A DNA stretch of 10,806 nucleotides from an uncultured archaeon (GCA_964426185.1 CAYRPF010000064.1:3678-14483); one strand, 5' to 3'. Counted from the first letter of the stretch, positions 1-8,084 are shown. The notes: generated by a model from the letters alone, not told the origin. A program made the numbers and translations.

Positions 1-12
1 TAAATTCAGATT

Positions 13-58
13 CAAAATTGGATATAGAATTAAAAAACGTTGCAAAATTAGATATAGA
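13..58 (+). repeat. Imperfect 16-bp direct repeat (CAAAATTRGATATAGA) encoding KLDI(E/D) twice
   Basis: caaaattggatataga at 13-28 and caaaattagatataga at 43-58, one mismatch, 30-bp period, in frame. Also ttcagattca (5-14) and ttccgattca (59-68), both encoding SDS. Confidence 0.5.
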
Positions 59-3000
59 TTCCGATTCAGTAGAAGATATAAGTAATAAATTTCTTTCTCA
101 TGGGCAGTTTAAAATCTATAAAAAGAAGTTTAGAAGCCAACCATATTTTGGCTTGAATTTAAGTTTTCCTGTAATTATTATGAGTTTGGTTCTATCTTTT
201 AATATTAATTCAACAATTTTGGCATATTTACGTTCATTCTTGACCCTCGCGGTAATTCTCTCCTTGCCAGGATATGTTTTTTTTGCATTTAATAAAAATT
301 TACGAGAATCCCTTTCAAATCTTGAATTTTTCTTGTTTATTGTTTTATTCAATTATATTTTCGCAGGAATTCTCTGGTTAATCATTTTACTATTTAAATT
401 CAATCACCAATCCCTTATTTTTCTATGTTTCTATTTTATTTTAGCAGTAGGGAATATAATAATTCATTCCAATTCGAAAATTGCTAATTTGAAATTTGAA
501 GTGCCACCATCTTTCTCAACTCGCAAGGATAAATATGGATTATTGATCATTGGTTTATTCTTTCTATTTTCTCATATTCTTACAATACCAGCAACTAACT
601 ATTCGTACATCGATATCCAACGTCATTATTCTTATGCAGTTCTTTTAGGAAGAGATATAGGATTATATCTGAATTTGAATTGGGGTAATTTCCTTGCGCA
701 TTTATTTGAATCTGCTTTCGTGTATTCTTCTAATTCAAATATGGAAATCATTCAAGTTTGCTTGGTATTTATAACTTTTCTCTATCCATTTTTCTTTTAT
801 TCATTCGTTCAGCGATTTTTCAACAAAAACGATTCCCGTCTTCCAATTTTCGCCACAATGATATATATGCTTGGATCTTTAGGAGGGATAGGTTGGCTAT
901 ACTATGTTAAAACAAAAATTGCATATTCTTTGGGTCAATCTTTACTGTATAATAATATAATAAATACAGTATTCTATCAAACATTCAAAACAAATTCGTA
1001 TGGATTTCTTCCTTCATATTTTAAACCTATTATGGTTTCTATGTTCATCTTTTTCTTTCTTCTACAATTGTTGCGTAATTTTAAATTATCTCAAAAAAAT
1101 TTTCTGTGGATTTTCTCTTTAGTCTTGGCAGCGATGTATTCCATCCATGTTGTAGAAGCCACGATATTTACCTTTTTTATTGGAATTTGGGGTTTTTTTT
1201 ATAAATCCCAGCGTTATCGAATAAATGATTCCTTAATTGCCGCATTTTTTGGAACATTAATTGCTCTAATTAGTTTTTTCGGTTTAAATCTTGCAAGGCA
1301 TAAGGTTCCTTCATTTTATTTTGCAATTCTTGGTCTTAATCTATTAATATTAATATTTACCTTATATTTTCGCTCGAAACGTTTCTCACTGAAAGATAGA
1401 ACTTTAAAGAATGCCCAAAATACTAAGAAAAACACCCTTAGTACAAGAAACATAAAAAATCAGAACAACGAAGATTTTATTTTTTTCGGTCCAAAATTTC
1501 AAAATAAAATCGTAAATGTCTTCCCCGTAGTTGGGATAATCTTCCTTACTATTGCAATACTAACATGGATTACTCTTTGGGATTCATATGATATCAGTTA
1601 TTTTATTTTAAACCCCTATCGACAAATTCCGTGGTTTTTTCAAGGATTAAGATTGGGATTTATTGGTTTGGGAGGTCTATATTATTTATTTTTGCGAGTA
1701 AAGTCTAAAAAGTCCATTAGGGATTATAATTTCCTTATATTATTTTCAATTTATTCTTTTATAGTAGGACGAATTATAACTTTTTCTAATATTTTCATCT
1801 TTCCTCAATCTCCGGTATATTGGGAGACCCGATTTGATGTTTTTATTATAATTCCGTATACAATTCTTATTTCCTTGTTTATTTTAGAAAAATTCGATCA
1901 TTATTTTAGAAATGAGAACAAAAATCTGCAATTTTATAAACTAAAAAATAAATTTAAAGAGATTAGGCAAAGTGCAAATGGTATTTTCATATTATTGTTA
2001 ATATTCTTTTCCAATTTCACGACCGTTTTACTTAATTATGAAGTTCGTTGGGCAACATCTGCTCCTAATAGAAGTATGTTAGCGAGTGATGAATGGAGCG
2101 ATACAAACGAAGGAATCGAATTCCTTTCACAACTTCTTGATAAAAAACCTGCCAGTGCAATATTGACAATTTCTTCGGATACATTCGGTTTGATAAATAT
2201 CGCTGGTCCCGCCAACCTTCTGCTACTAAAAAAAGAGAGTTATACTTCCGAAAATCCAACATCTTTTTTACTTGAGGTATTTAAAGCACATTATTGGCGA
2301 GATTCATTCACATATCCTTATGTTTTTCTGTACGTTTCTTCAGATGATTATGATGTATTGAAAGATATCTATAATTCCTTCTTAGGTACAATTATTGATA
2401 CGTTTCCAATGGTTTTTTCAAACAACGAAACAAGGATCTATGATATTTCTCATCTATCTTATCCAACTTCGGAAAGTGAAACCGCATTGATATATCCCAC
2501 TGATGATATTTCTCAAATTGATACGAATGCAAATAACCTTTTACGAAATGACAGTTTAGAAATGGAACATATCATTACATCATTACTTTCTCAAGGAAGT
2601 GGAAACGTTTCACTTGCATTTGATGGGGAAAATTTTGATCATTTTTCAAATTTAATATTAAGTTATGATATTCCAAATCAAACTACTTCTAGTATCATTG
2701 ATTTCAATAAATTTGAGAAAAACTCTGTATGGAAAATGTATAATTCAACCTCAATTGGAATAAATGCTTCATTTTTCATTGAACGAAAATCAAATATTAC
2801 TTCATATCAAGAAGTATCTGCGTTTAATTTAACCTTTATTATAAACTGGACACATTTTTCAAATTCTTCCCAGTCGCAATTGAAATTTCGATTCAATCAA
2901 GATTTGAAATTAGATTTTTCAGAAATTATTTTTAATTTTTCTGCTGATGGAAAAGTATTTTGCTATTATTGGGATGAATTCGGAGAGAACATCTATCATT

Positions 3001-4472
3001 TTCCAAATTATGGTATTCTAAAATCAAATATTCCAGGAATTTTTATATTTTCCGCCCAATTTGCGAAAAATAATTATAATTTCTTTGTAAATGATGAAAA
3101 AATTTTAAACATCTCTGGAAATTACCCTACTACATACTTAGGTTTTCAATATTTAAACAATATTGGTGAAAATCACGTTTCAATTAATCTGACCCAAAAT
3201 TCATGCACAAATTACTTGTCAAATCTTCGTCCAAAAGAAGATTATTATAAAAGTGCAGAAAATGGTCAAAATGTTGCTATCTTCAATACTAATGGTTATC
3301 AAAATATTGCGGAAGATTTTTTTACAATTAATTTCTCAATTCCAGGAAATTACCTTAGTTTTAATCAAGTTCAATTCGATCAAATTGCCAATGCAACTAA
3401 ATCTAGAATTCCAACATTTTCCATTCCCAATGTAGACATTCCTCCTCTTCAAATTAACAATGATACTATTTCAGTCATTGCAAATTATAGTAATGGGCTT
3501 GAAACTATCCCGTTTATTTGTAAGAAAACTGTTGGAAAAGGACAATTATTTTATGTTAATATATTTCCATTAACTTCATTTTTTATCGATCATGACTTAA
3601 TAGGTCCAGATATTTACTCTAGCAGTTTGACTTGTCTTGCTTCTCTTTTTTCCAACAATACTTTTACAGATTTACTGAAAAACTTGTTTAATATTTCCTC
3701 TTTCAATCGATCATTGGGTTATAAGAATATTGCCCAAAATATGCCAATTGATCATATATTACTCTTAAACACATTAATTTCAGCAAAAAATTTCATAATC
3801 TCCACACAAGAAGCACGAAATATTGATAAAATAGAAGTAACCTTTCAGAATTCATCGATTCAAGTATTTCCCAATATTTATCAACTAAGAATCTGTCATT
3901 CGGGAGAAGTTATTTTTCATCTGCTGGATGCAATTTGTCTAAACGATGAAGACTCTTTTTATCCTACGTTAGTTCAAAATCAAACTTTTTGGGTAGATTT
4001 TAATCAAGAAAGAAATGAAATTTTAGTGAAAAGCGGAAATATGACTTATATTCTTGAAAATATCTCCCAAATTACCTTTTATCTCTTAGATGAAATGGCA
4101 ATTTCTCTTAGGGATGTTAAAATTCAAGCATCTTATGCCAAAATATTCTATTTAATTGAACCTTTGGTTTTTAAGAACTACTATACAGCATTCACAAATA
4201 CATATATGGAATTCACTTCATCTTTACCCAATGGGCTAAACTTTTCAATCACTAATTTAGGTAACAATCTTGCCATTTACAATTCATCATTTGAAATTAC
4301 ACAACCCATTAATCGTGATTTTTACTACAATGAACTGAAATCAATTCCAATAGCATTACTTTGGTTAGCTGTAGAGTCAATATTATATATTATATTTTTA
4401 AAGTGGAAGAAAAAACAAAAAGAATCTAATTTGGATAATCTCGTTAAACAAACAGCAAATTCAACAAAATAA
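18..4472 (+). CDS. Giant polytopic membrane protein, putative GT-C superfamily (STT3/AglB-like topology, non-canonical) glycosyltransferase with large extracellular glycosylated region and C-terminal TM anchor; may be 5'-partial
   Basis: 1484-aa ORF with about 17 hydrophobic segments in aa ~45-675. Motifs: LSLPGYVF..LE (DUF1616/DUF2206-like), external-loop D199-IQRHY, AMYSIH, YWETR605F, SDEW..EGIEFL and VFSNNETRIY. A hydrophilic N/S/T-rich region spans aa ~680-1440, followed by the TM IPIALLWLAVESILYIIFL and KWKKKQK. The called start is TTG at 18 and the frame stays open to the window edge. The CDS is near certain; the function is inferred. Confidence 0.75.
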   Translation: MDIELKNVAKLDIDSDSVEDISNKFLSHGQFKIYKKKFRSQPYFGLNLSFPVIIMSLVLSFNINSTILAYLRSFLTLAVILSLPGYVFFAFNKNLRESLSNLEFFLFIVLFNYIFAGILWLIILLFKFNHQSLIFLCFYFILAVGNIIIHSNSKIANLKFEVPPSFSTRKDKYGLLIIGLFFLFSHILTIPATNYSYIDIQRHYSYAVLLGRDIGLYLNLNWGNFLAHLFESAFVYSSNSNMEIIQVCLVFITFLYPFFFYSFVQRFFNKNDSRLPIFATMIYMLGSLGGIGWLYYVKTKIAYSLGQSLLYNNIINTVFYQTFKTNSYGFLPSYFKPIMVSMFIFFFLLQLLRNFKLSQKNFLWIFSLVLAAMYSIHVVEATIFTFFIGIWGFFYKSQRYRINDSLIAAFFGTLIALISFFGLNLARHKVPSFYFAILGLNLLILIFTLYFRSKRFSLKDRTLKNAQNTKKNTLSTRNIKNQNNEDFIFFGPKFQNKIVNVFPVVGIIFLTIAILTWITLWDSYDISYFILNPYRQIPWFFQGLRLGFIGLGGLYYLFLRVKSKKSIRDYNFLILFSIYSFIVGRIITFSNIFIFPQSPVYWETRFDVFIIIPYTILISLFILEKFDHYFRNENKNLQFYKLKNKFKEIRQSANGIFILLLIFFSNFTTVLLNYEVRWATSAPNRSMLASDEWSDTNEGIEFLSQLLDKKPASAILTISSDTFGLINIAGPANLLLLKKESYTSENPTSFLLEVFKAHYWRDSFTYPYVFLYVSSDDYDVLKDIYNSFLGTIIDTFPMVFSNNETRIYDISHLSYPTSESETALIYPTDDISQIDTNANNLLRNDSLEMEHIITSLLSQGSGNVSLAFDGENFDHFSNLILSYDIPNQTTSSIIDFNKFEKNSVWKMYNSTSIGINASFFIERKSNITSYQEVSAFNLTFIINWTHFSNSSQSQLKFRFNQDLKLDFSEIIFNFSADGKVFCYYWDEFGENIYHFPNYGILKSNIPGIFIFSAQFAKNNYNFFVNDEKILNISGNYPTTYLGFQYLNNIGENHVSINLTQNSCTNYLSNLRPKEDYYKSAENGQNVAIFNTNGYQNIAEDFFTINFSIPGNYLSFNQVQFDQIANATKSRIPTFSIPNVDIPPLQINNDTISVIANYSNGLETIPFICKKTVGKGQLFYVNIFPLTSFFIDHDLIGPDIYSSSLTCLASLFSNNTFTDLLKNLFNISSFNRSLGYKNIAQNMPIDHILLLNTLISAKNFIISTQEARNIDKIEVTFQNSSIQVFPNIYQLRICHSGEVIFHLLDAICLNDEDSFYPTLVQNQTFWVDFNQERNEILVKSGNMTYILENISQITFYLLDEMAISLRDVKIQASYAKIFYLIEPLVFKNYYTAFTNTYMEFTSSLPNGLNFSITNLGNNLAIYNSSFEITQPINRDFYYNELKSIPIALLWLAVESILYIIFLKWKKKQKESNLDNLVKQTANSTK

Positions 4473-4522
4473 TTCACATTTAAAATCAAAAAAACCATTT
4501 GAATACAACATACAGATTTTTT
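4473..4522. terminator. Possible archaeal-type oligo(T) terminators in the 48-bp convergent intergenic gap
   Basis: A7 run at 4488-4494 (T7 on the minus strand, downstream of the GT4 stop) and T6 run at 4517-4522 on the plus strand. No GC hairpin is present. Such runs are common in this AT-rich DNA, so support is weak. Confidence 0.3.
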
Positions 4523-5714
4523 ATCTCATCAAAATCGAAAAATAAAGAAATTGATGAATTTTCATATATTTTTGAGAGACATTTTCAATATACAAGCGGG
4601 CTTTCTTCCCAAATTCGGTTATTTTGGAAGGATGAGTGATCAAGTACTCAAAAGCGTTTGCCAATTTAGCATGATCATTAGGTGGAACAATTATTCCATT
4701 TTGGAAAGATGTAATATAATTCGAGATAACCCCGACATTCGTGCACACACATGCGCAGCCGGAACACATTGCTTCTAATAAAGCAGCAGGTAAACCCTCT
4801 GTATAAGAAGGAATAACAAAGATTTCTGCCGATTGATAATATTTAGGTAATTCCGATAACGGAAATTTTCCTAATAATTTAACATTTTTGGTTAAATTAT
4901 GTGAAATAATGAATTTTTTAATCCAATCTTCCATTTTTCCATAGCCAATCATTTTTAATTCAAAAGGAAGCCCTTTCATAGCTAAAATTTCAACGGCTTT
5001 TAACAAATTATCGATTCCTTTTTCCTTTTCATATCGCCCCGAGTATAATATGCTAATTTTAGAGGATTCTTCTAATTTTGGATAGGTTTTTTCAATAAAA
5101 ATAGAAAAATCCACGAAATTAGGACTAAAATAGACATTAGGTAAGTTATATCGTTTTAAAATTTCAAACATTTCTGCGGAAACGGTGAAAACCATGGCAG
5201 AATTACGACAAATTACAAATTCTAATAAAGAAATAATACTTGAAACAACCTTTTTTAATTTTGAGGATTCATATAAAATTTCGAAAGAATTGCGCTCAAA
5301 TCCACCTAACCATGTCATGTATGGAACTCTGCTTATTTTTGAATTAATTAAAGTTGGGACACCTGCAAGAATAAGGTTTTCTTCACGGATAAGATCAATT
5401 TTAAATTTTTTAATGACTTTTAGTTGCAGACGAATCAATCTGATGTAATTAAGGAGTAAATCAGCAATAGTTTTTACTATTGAATTGGATAAAGAAAAAG
5501 GAACAGAATATACAAATAAATTGGGTGAAATTTGCTTCTTCATGGAAACGTTCTCTTCTGAAAAGCAAAGAAATACCACCCTATTAAATATCTTTGACCA
5601 CGCTTTTGCTTCTTGAAACGCCTTTCCTGGAATTTTTTCTAAATTAGAAACACGAATCTGGCTTACAATCATTAAATTCTTGGTGGCGAAATTATCAATT
5701 TGTTTATTCATCAT
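4521..5714 (-). CDS. Glycosyltransferase family 4 (GT-B, retaining)
   Basis: SILYSGRYEKEKG, MIGYG and FVIPSYT-EGLPAALLE-AM (EX7E), then NGIIVPPND..LANA. The start may be ATG 5714 or the adjacent ATG 5711. Confidence 0.93.
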   Translation of the reverse strand: MMNKQIDNFATKNLMIVSQIRVSNLEKIPGKAFQEAKAWSKIFNRVVFLCFSEENVSMKKQISPNLFVYSVPFSLSNSIVKTIADLLLNYIRLIRLQLKVIKKFKIDLIREENLILAGVPTLINSKISRVPYMTWLGGFERNSFEILYESSKLKKVVSSIISLLEFVICRNSAMVFTVSAEMFEILKRYNLPNVYFSPNFVDFSIFIEKTYPKLEESSKISILYSGRYEKEKGIDNLLKAVEILAMKGLPFELKMIGYGKMEDWIKKFIISHNLTKNVKLLGKFPLSELPKYYQSAEIFVIPSYTEGLPAALLEAMCSGCACVCTNVGVISNYITSFQNGIIVPPNDHAKLANAFEYLITHPSKITEFGKKARLYIENVSQKYMKIHQFLYFSILMR

Positions 5715-6936
5715 AAATACACTCCAGATAAAGTTGTTGATATTTTTTCGCTATTGATTTCCAATCAAAATGACTCTTCACCCAATTGAAGGCTTGTTGT
5801 GCGAGTATTTTTCTATCCCGTTTGGGATTAAAAAAATCTTGTAAACAAGATATCATTTGATCTCTATTTCCTGGTTCTACAATGAATCCAGCAGGACCAG
5901 TCATTTCTTTCATTTCCCCTACAGATGAGCACAAACATGGAACACTGGAAGCTAAAGATTCTAAAATTACATTGGGAAATCCTTCTACATAGGATACCAA
6001 CACTGTTAGATCTGCAATTGCATAGAAATCTTCTAAATTTGAGCGGTATCCAAGAAGAAAAACATTTGATTTCTGTGTACAATTTTGATAGGCAATTTCT
6101 AATTTACTTCGATAAATTCCATCACCAATAATCAGAAGTTTATAGTAAGAACGCTCTGGTTCAGGAAAACTAAAAAGAAACTTCTCAAATGCAGCTAAAA
6201 AATCAATCATACCTTGGACTTTCTGCTCAAAAATCATCCGTCCTACATAAAGAATTATTTTATCATCAGATTTAATATAAGGAGAGAGATTAAGATGAGA
6301 GATTATTTTTGCTTTTACGTCTTTATCGTTTAAAGTAGTGTAGTGATAAGGTTTCTCGGGTATTTTTATCCCTAATGGGATATATTCCAATTTAGAACCA
6401 AAATTCCACCCCAAATATTGAAAATACTCTTGAATACGGCGTGAAACGATTATGATTTTAGAGGTTTTGGTGTTGGTTAATTTATAGAGAAATATTTCAA
6501 AGCGGAACTTAAAATCTACTCCATGATATGTATAAACGAACGGAATTCTACATAATAAATTGAAAAAAAGACAGACAACACCAGTAATTGCAGGGCTATC
6601 AGCATGAATAAGAGCAATACGCTTTTTCCTATGGATCCTCAAGATAGAAATAATTGCATAAGCGGTAAATCGGAGAGAAAACCAGATTTGATTCCATTTA
6701 GAATTTGAATTCATATCTAATCCCTTAACGGGTAATCTATGTATTTCAAAATTTGACGATATCTTTTGATATTTTGTTTTCTCTTGGTTTGGATTTGAGG
6801 ATATATTTACCATCTCAAAATGATGATTATTAACAAAATTAGACAAATCAAATGCATACTTTGCAGGTCCGCCTGCATTGGGATCGGGAAATAATCGTGT
6901 AGTTAAGCGAATTATGGTAATCTTTTTACTTGGCAT
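5704..6936 (-). CDS. Glycosyltransferase family 4 (GT-B, retaining)
   Basis: N-terminal FPDPNAGGPAKY glycine loop, IHAD, VYTYHG, ILYVGR, LLIIGDG, FLLGYRSNL..YAIAD, S.VEGFPNVILE (EX7E) and FDWKSIA..Y. Overlaps the downstream gene by 11 nt. Confidence 0.94.
   Translation of the reverse strand: MPSKKITIIRLTTRLFPDPNAGGPAKYAFDLSNFVNNHHFEMVNISSNPNQEKTKYQKISSNFEIHRLPVKGLDMNSNSKWNQIWFSLRFTAYAIISILRIHRKKRIALIHADSPAITGVVCLFFNLLCRIPFVYTYHGVDFKFRFEIFLYKLTNTKTSKIIIVSRRIQEYFQYLGWNFGSKLEYIPLGIKIPEKPYHYTTLNDKDVKAKIISHLNLSPYIKSDDKIILYVGRMIFEQKVQGMIDFLAAFEKFLFSFPEPERSYYKLLIIGDGIYRSKLEIAYQNCTQKSNVFLLGYRSNLEDFYAIADLTVLVSYVEGFPNVILESLASSVPCLCSSVGEMKEMTGPAGFIVEPGNRDQMISCLQDFFNPKRDRKILAQQAFNWVKSHFDWKSIAKKYQQLYLECIYDE
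5720..5725 (-). promoter_or_regulatory. Putative Shine-Dalgarno (GGAGTG) for the GT4 at 5714
   Basis: The minus strand reads ...ctGGAGTGtatttATGATG; the motif lies inside the 3' end of the upstream GT4. Confidence 0.45.
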
Positions 6937-7975
6937 GATTTTTCATTTTCTTCTGTTTTTTATTCGCTTTACGGTTGTGAATTAAGAAATTAAAATAAAA
7001 TGGAATATTTGTTAGAAAGTTTTGTAATTTTATAGGAAAATCCCATAAAAAGAGAAGGATCATCGGATCTTTGAAAATATCAATAATCAATAAATGGAAA
7101 TATAGATTTTTACTAAATGGAGTAAAATTTAATGCAGATTTTAAAAGTCTTTTGATCTCTTTTAATTTATTCATTCGAATCATTCCAGGTCCAATAGCTA
7201 TAAAAAGCGCAGTAATCGCCTTGGGATGTTGATTGAAATAAGCCAGAAATTCATTTACAATAACTAATCGCGCCTTTACTCGGTTAATTGGATTTGATAA
7301 CTCTGAACTCAAACTCACTGAATTTTTACTGATAGTATACTTTACTAAAATCTCTGGAACAACTTCGATCGAAAATTTCGAAGCAATACGGAGCCACATC
7401 TCATAATCTTGAGAGCCTCCTTTTTGAAACACACCTAATTCGCTAAAACCTCCACAATCATCAAAAACATCCTTTTTTATTAAAGGAACACTCGCACCTC
7501 CAATAAAATTCGATACAAGCAAATCTTGAAAAATATTTCCTGATTTCTTTTCAATTTTGAATGAGATAATTCCTCTTGGATAGAATTTCACTAATCCACA
7601 ATATACTAAACCTAATTTAGAACTTTTACTCTCTTGGAATTTACTCAGTTGCTTTTCTAATTTATGGGGATACCATTCATCATCAGAGTCTAAAAAAGCT
7701 AAGTACTCTCCATTAGCTAGTTGAATTCCAATATTTCGCGCTTTATTTGCACCTAAATTGTTTGGTAAAAGATAATACCTTATTTTTTTATTTGTTTTTT
7801 GCCACTTTTTTACAATTTTTTCGGTGTTATCTTGAGATCCATCATCAATAATTATAAGTTCAAAATTTTGATAAGTTTGATGTAAAACGCTTTTTATCGC
7901 CTTTCCAATCACCGATGCTCGATTATATGTAGTGATGATGATGCTTATCAAAGGAGAAGCAGAATTGAAAGGCAT
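6926..7975 (-). CDS. Glycosyltransferase family 2 (GT-A, inverting)
   Basis: ISIIITTYNRA, SVLHQTYQNFELIIIDDGSQD, NLGANKARNIG..ANGEYLAFLDSDD (DxD) and QDYEMWLRI. Overlaps the next gene by 11 nt. Confidence 0.95.
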   Translation of the reverse strand: MPFNSASPLISIIITTYNRASVIGKAIKSVLHQTYQNFELIIIDDGSQDNTEKIVKKWQKTNKKIRYYLLPNNLGANKARNIGIQLANGEYLAFLDSDDEWYPHKLEKQLSKFQESKSSKLGLVYCGLVKFYPRGIISFKIEKKSGNIFQDLLVSNFIGGASVPLIKKDVFDDCGGFSELGVFQKGGSQDYEMWLRIASKFSIEVVPEILVKYTISKNSVSLSSELSNPINRVKARLVIVNEFLAYFNQHPKAITALFIAIGPGMIRMNKLKEIKRLLKSALNFTPFSKNLYFHLLIIDIFKDPMILLFLWDFPIKLQNFLTNIPFYFNFLIHNRKANKKQKKMKNHAK

Positions 7976-7996
7976 AATTCAATAAATCAATGTTAA

Positions 7997-8012
7997 ATTA
8001 TAAATTCTCTTT
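7997..8012 (-). promoter_or_regulatory. Putative archaeal BRE/TATA promoter for the GT2-GT4-GT4 operon (leaderless spacing)
   Basis: The minus strand reads AAAGAGAA-TTTATAAT. The TATA-like box is at -29..-22 relative to the A of the ATG at 7975, with a purine-rich BRE-like run immediately upstream and no SD before the ATG. Confidence 0.55.
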
Positions 8013-8067
8013 AATGAGAACCTTTTTTCAATCTTCGTTCAATTTATTCAATAGAAATCTCTCGAAT

Positions 8068-8084
8068 GCGGAACAATTTAAAAA
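8068..8084 (+). promoter_or_regulatory. Possible BRE/TATA promoter for the flippase
   Basis: GCGGAACAA-TTTAAAAA, with the TATA-like box at 8077-8084, 37-44 nt upstream of ATG 8121. This would give a short leader. Confidence 0.3.

Noticed and set aside
116-352. 78-aa minus-strand ORF
   Set aside because: Antisense shadow of a TM-coding region; its Lys/Asn richness mirrors Phe/Ile codons and it has no motif.
1371-1480. K/N-rich low-complexity stretch, possible insertion or intein
   Set aside because: Short, with no intein motifs; best explained as a basic cytoplasmic loop.
2065-2262. 65-aa minus-strand ORF
   Set aside because: Lies entirely antisense within the giant CDS and has no recognisable features.
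3020-3430. Short repeated words (ggaaattacc, attccaggaa; NIPG/SIPG/ISGNY)
   Set aside because: About 10 bp each, irregularly spaced and expected in AT-rich coding DNA.
3253-3435. 60-aa plus-strand alternate-frame ORF
   Set aside because: Nested out of frame in an uninterrupted CDS, with no sign of a frameshift.
4341-4421. PGF-/PEF-/Loki-CTERM-type sorting signal
   Set aside because: No PGF, PEF or IPG motif is present, and the tail after the TM is about 23 aa, longer than typical.
18-4472. Naming the giant protein aglB/stt3
   Set aside because: No WWDYG, DxD/DHH or TIXE motif was found, so only superfamily-level resemblance is supportable.
4551-6131. Short ORFs 4551-4778, 5185-5448, 5864-6082 and 5925-6131
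   Set aside because: All overlap well-supported GT4 genes, antisense or out of frame, and carry no motifs.
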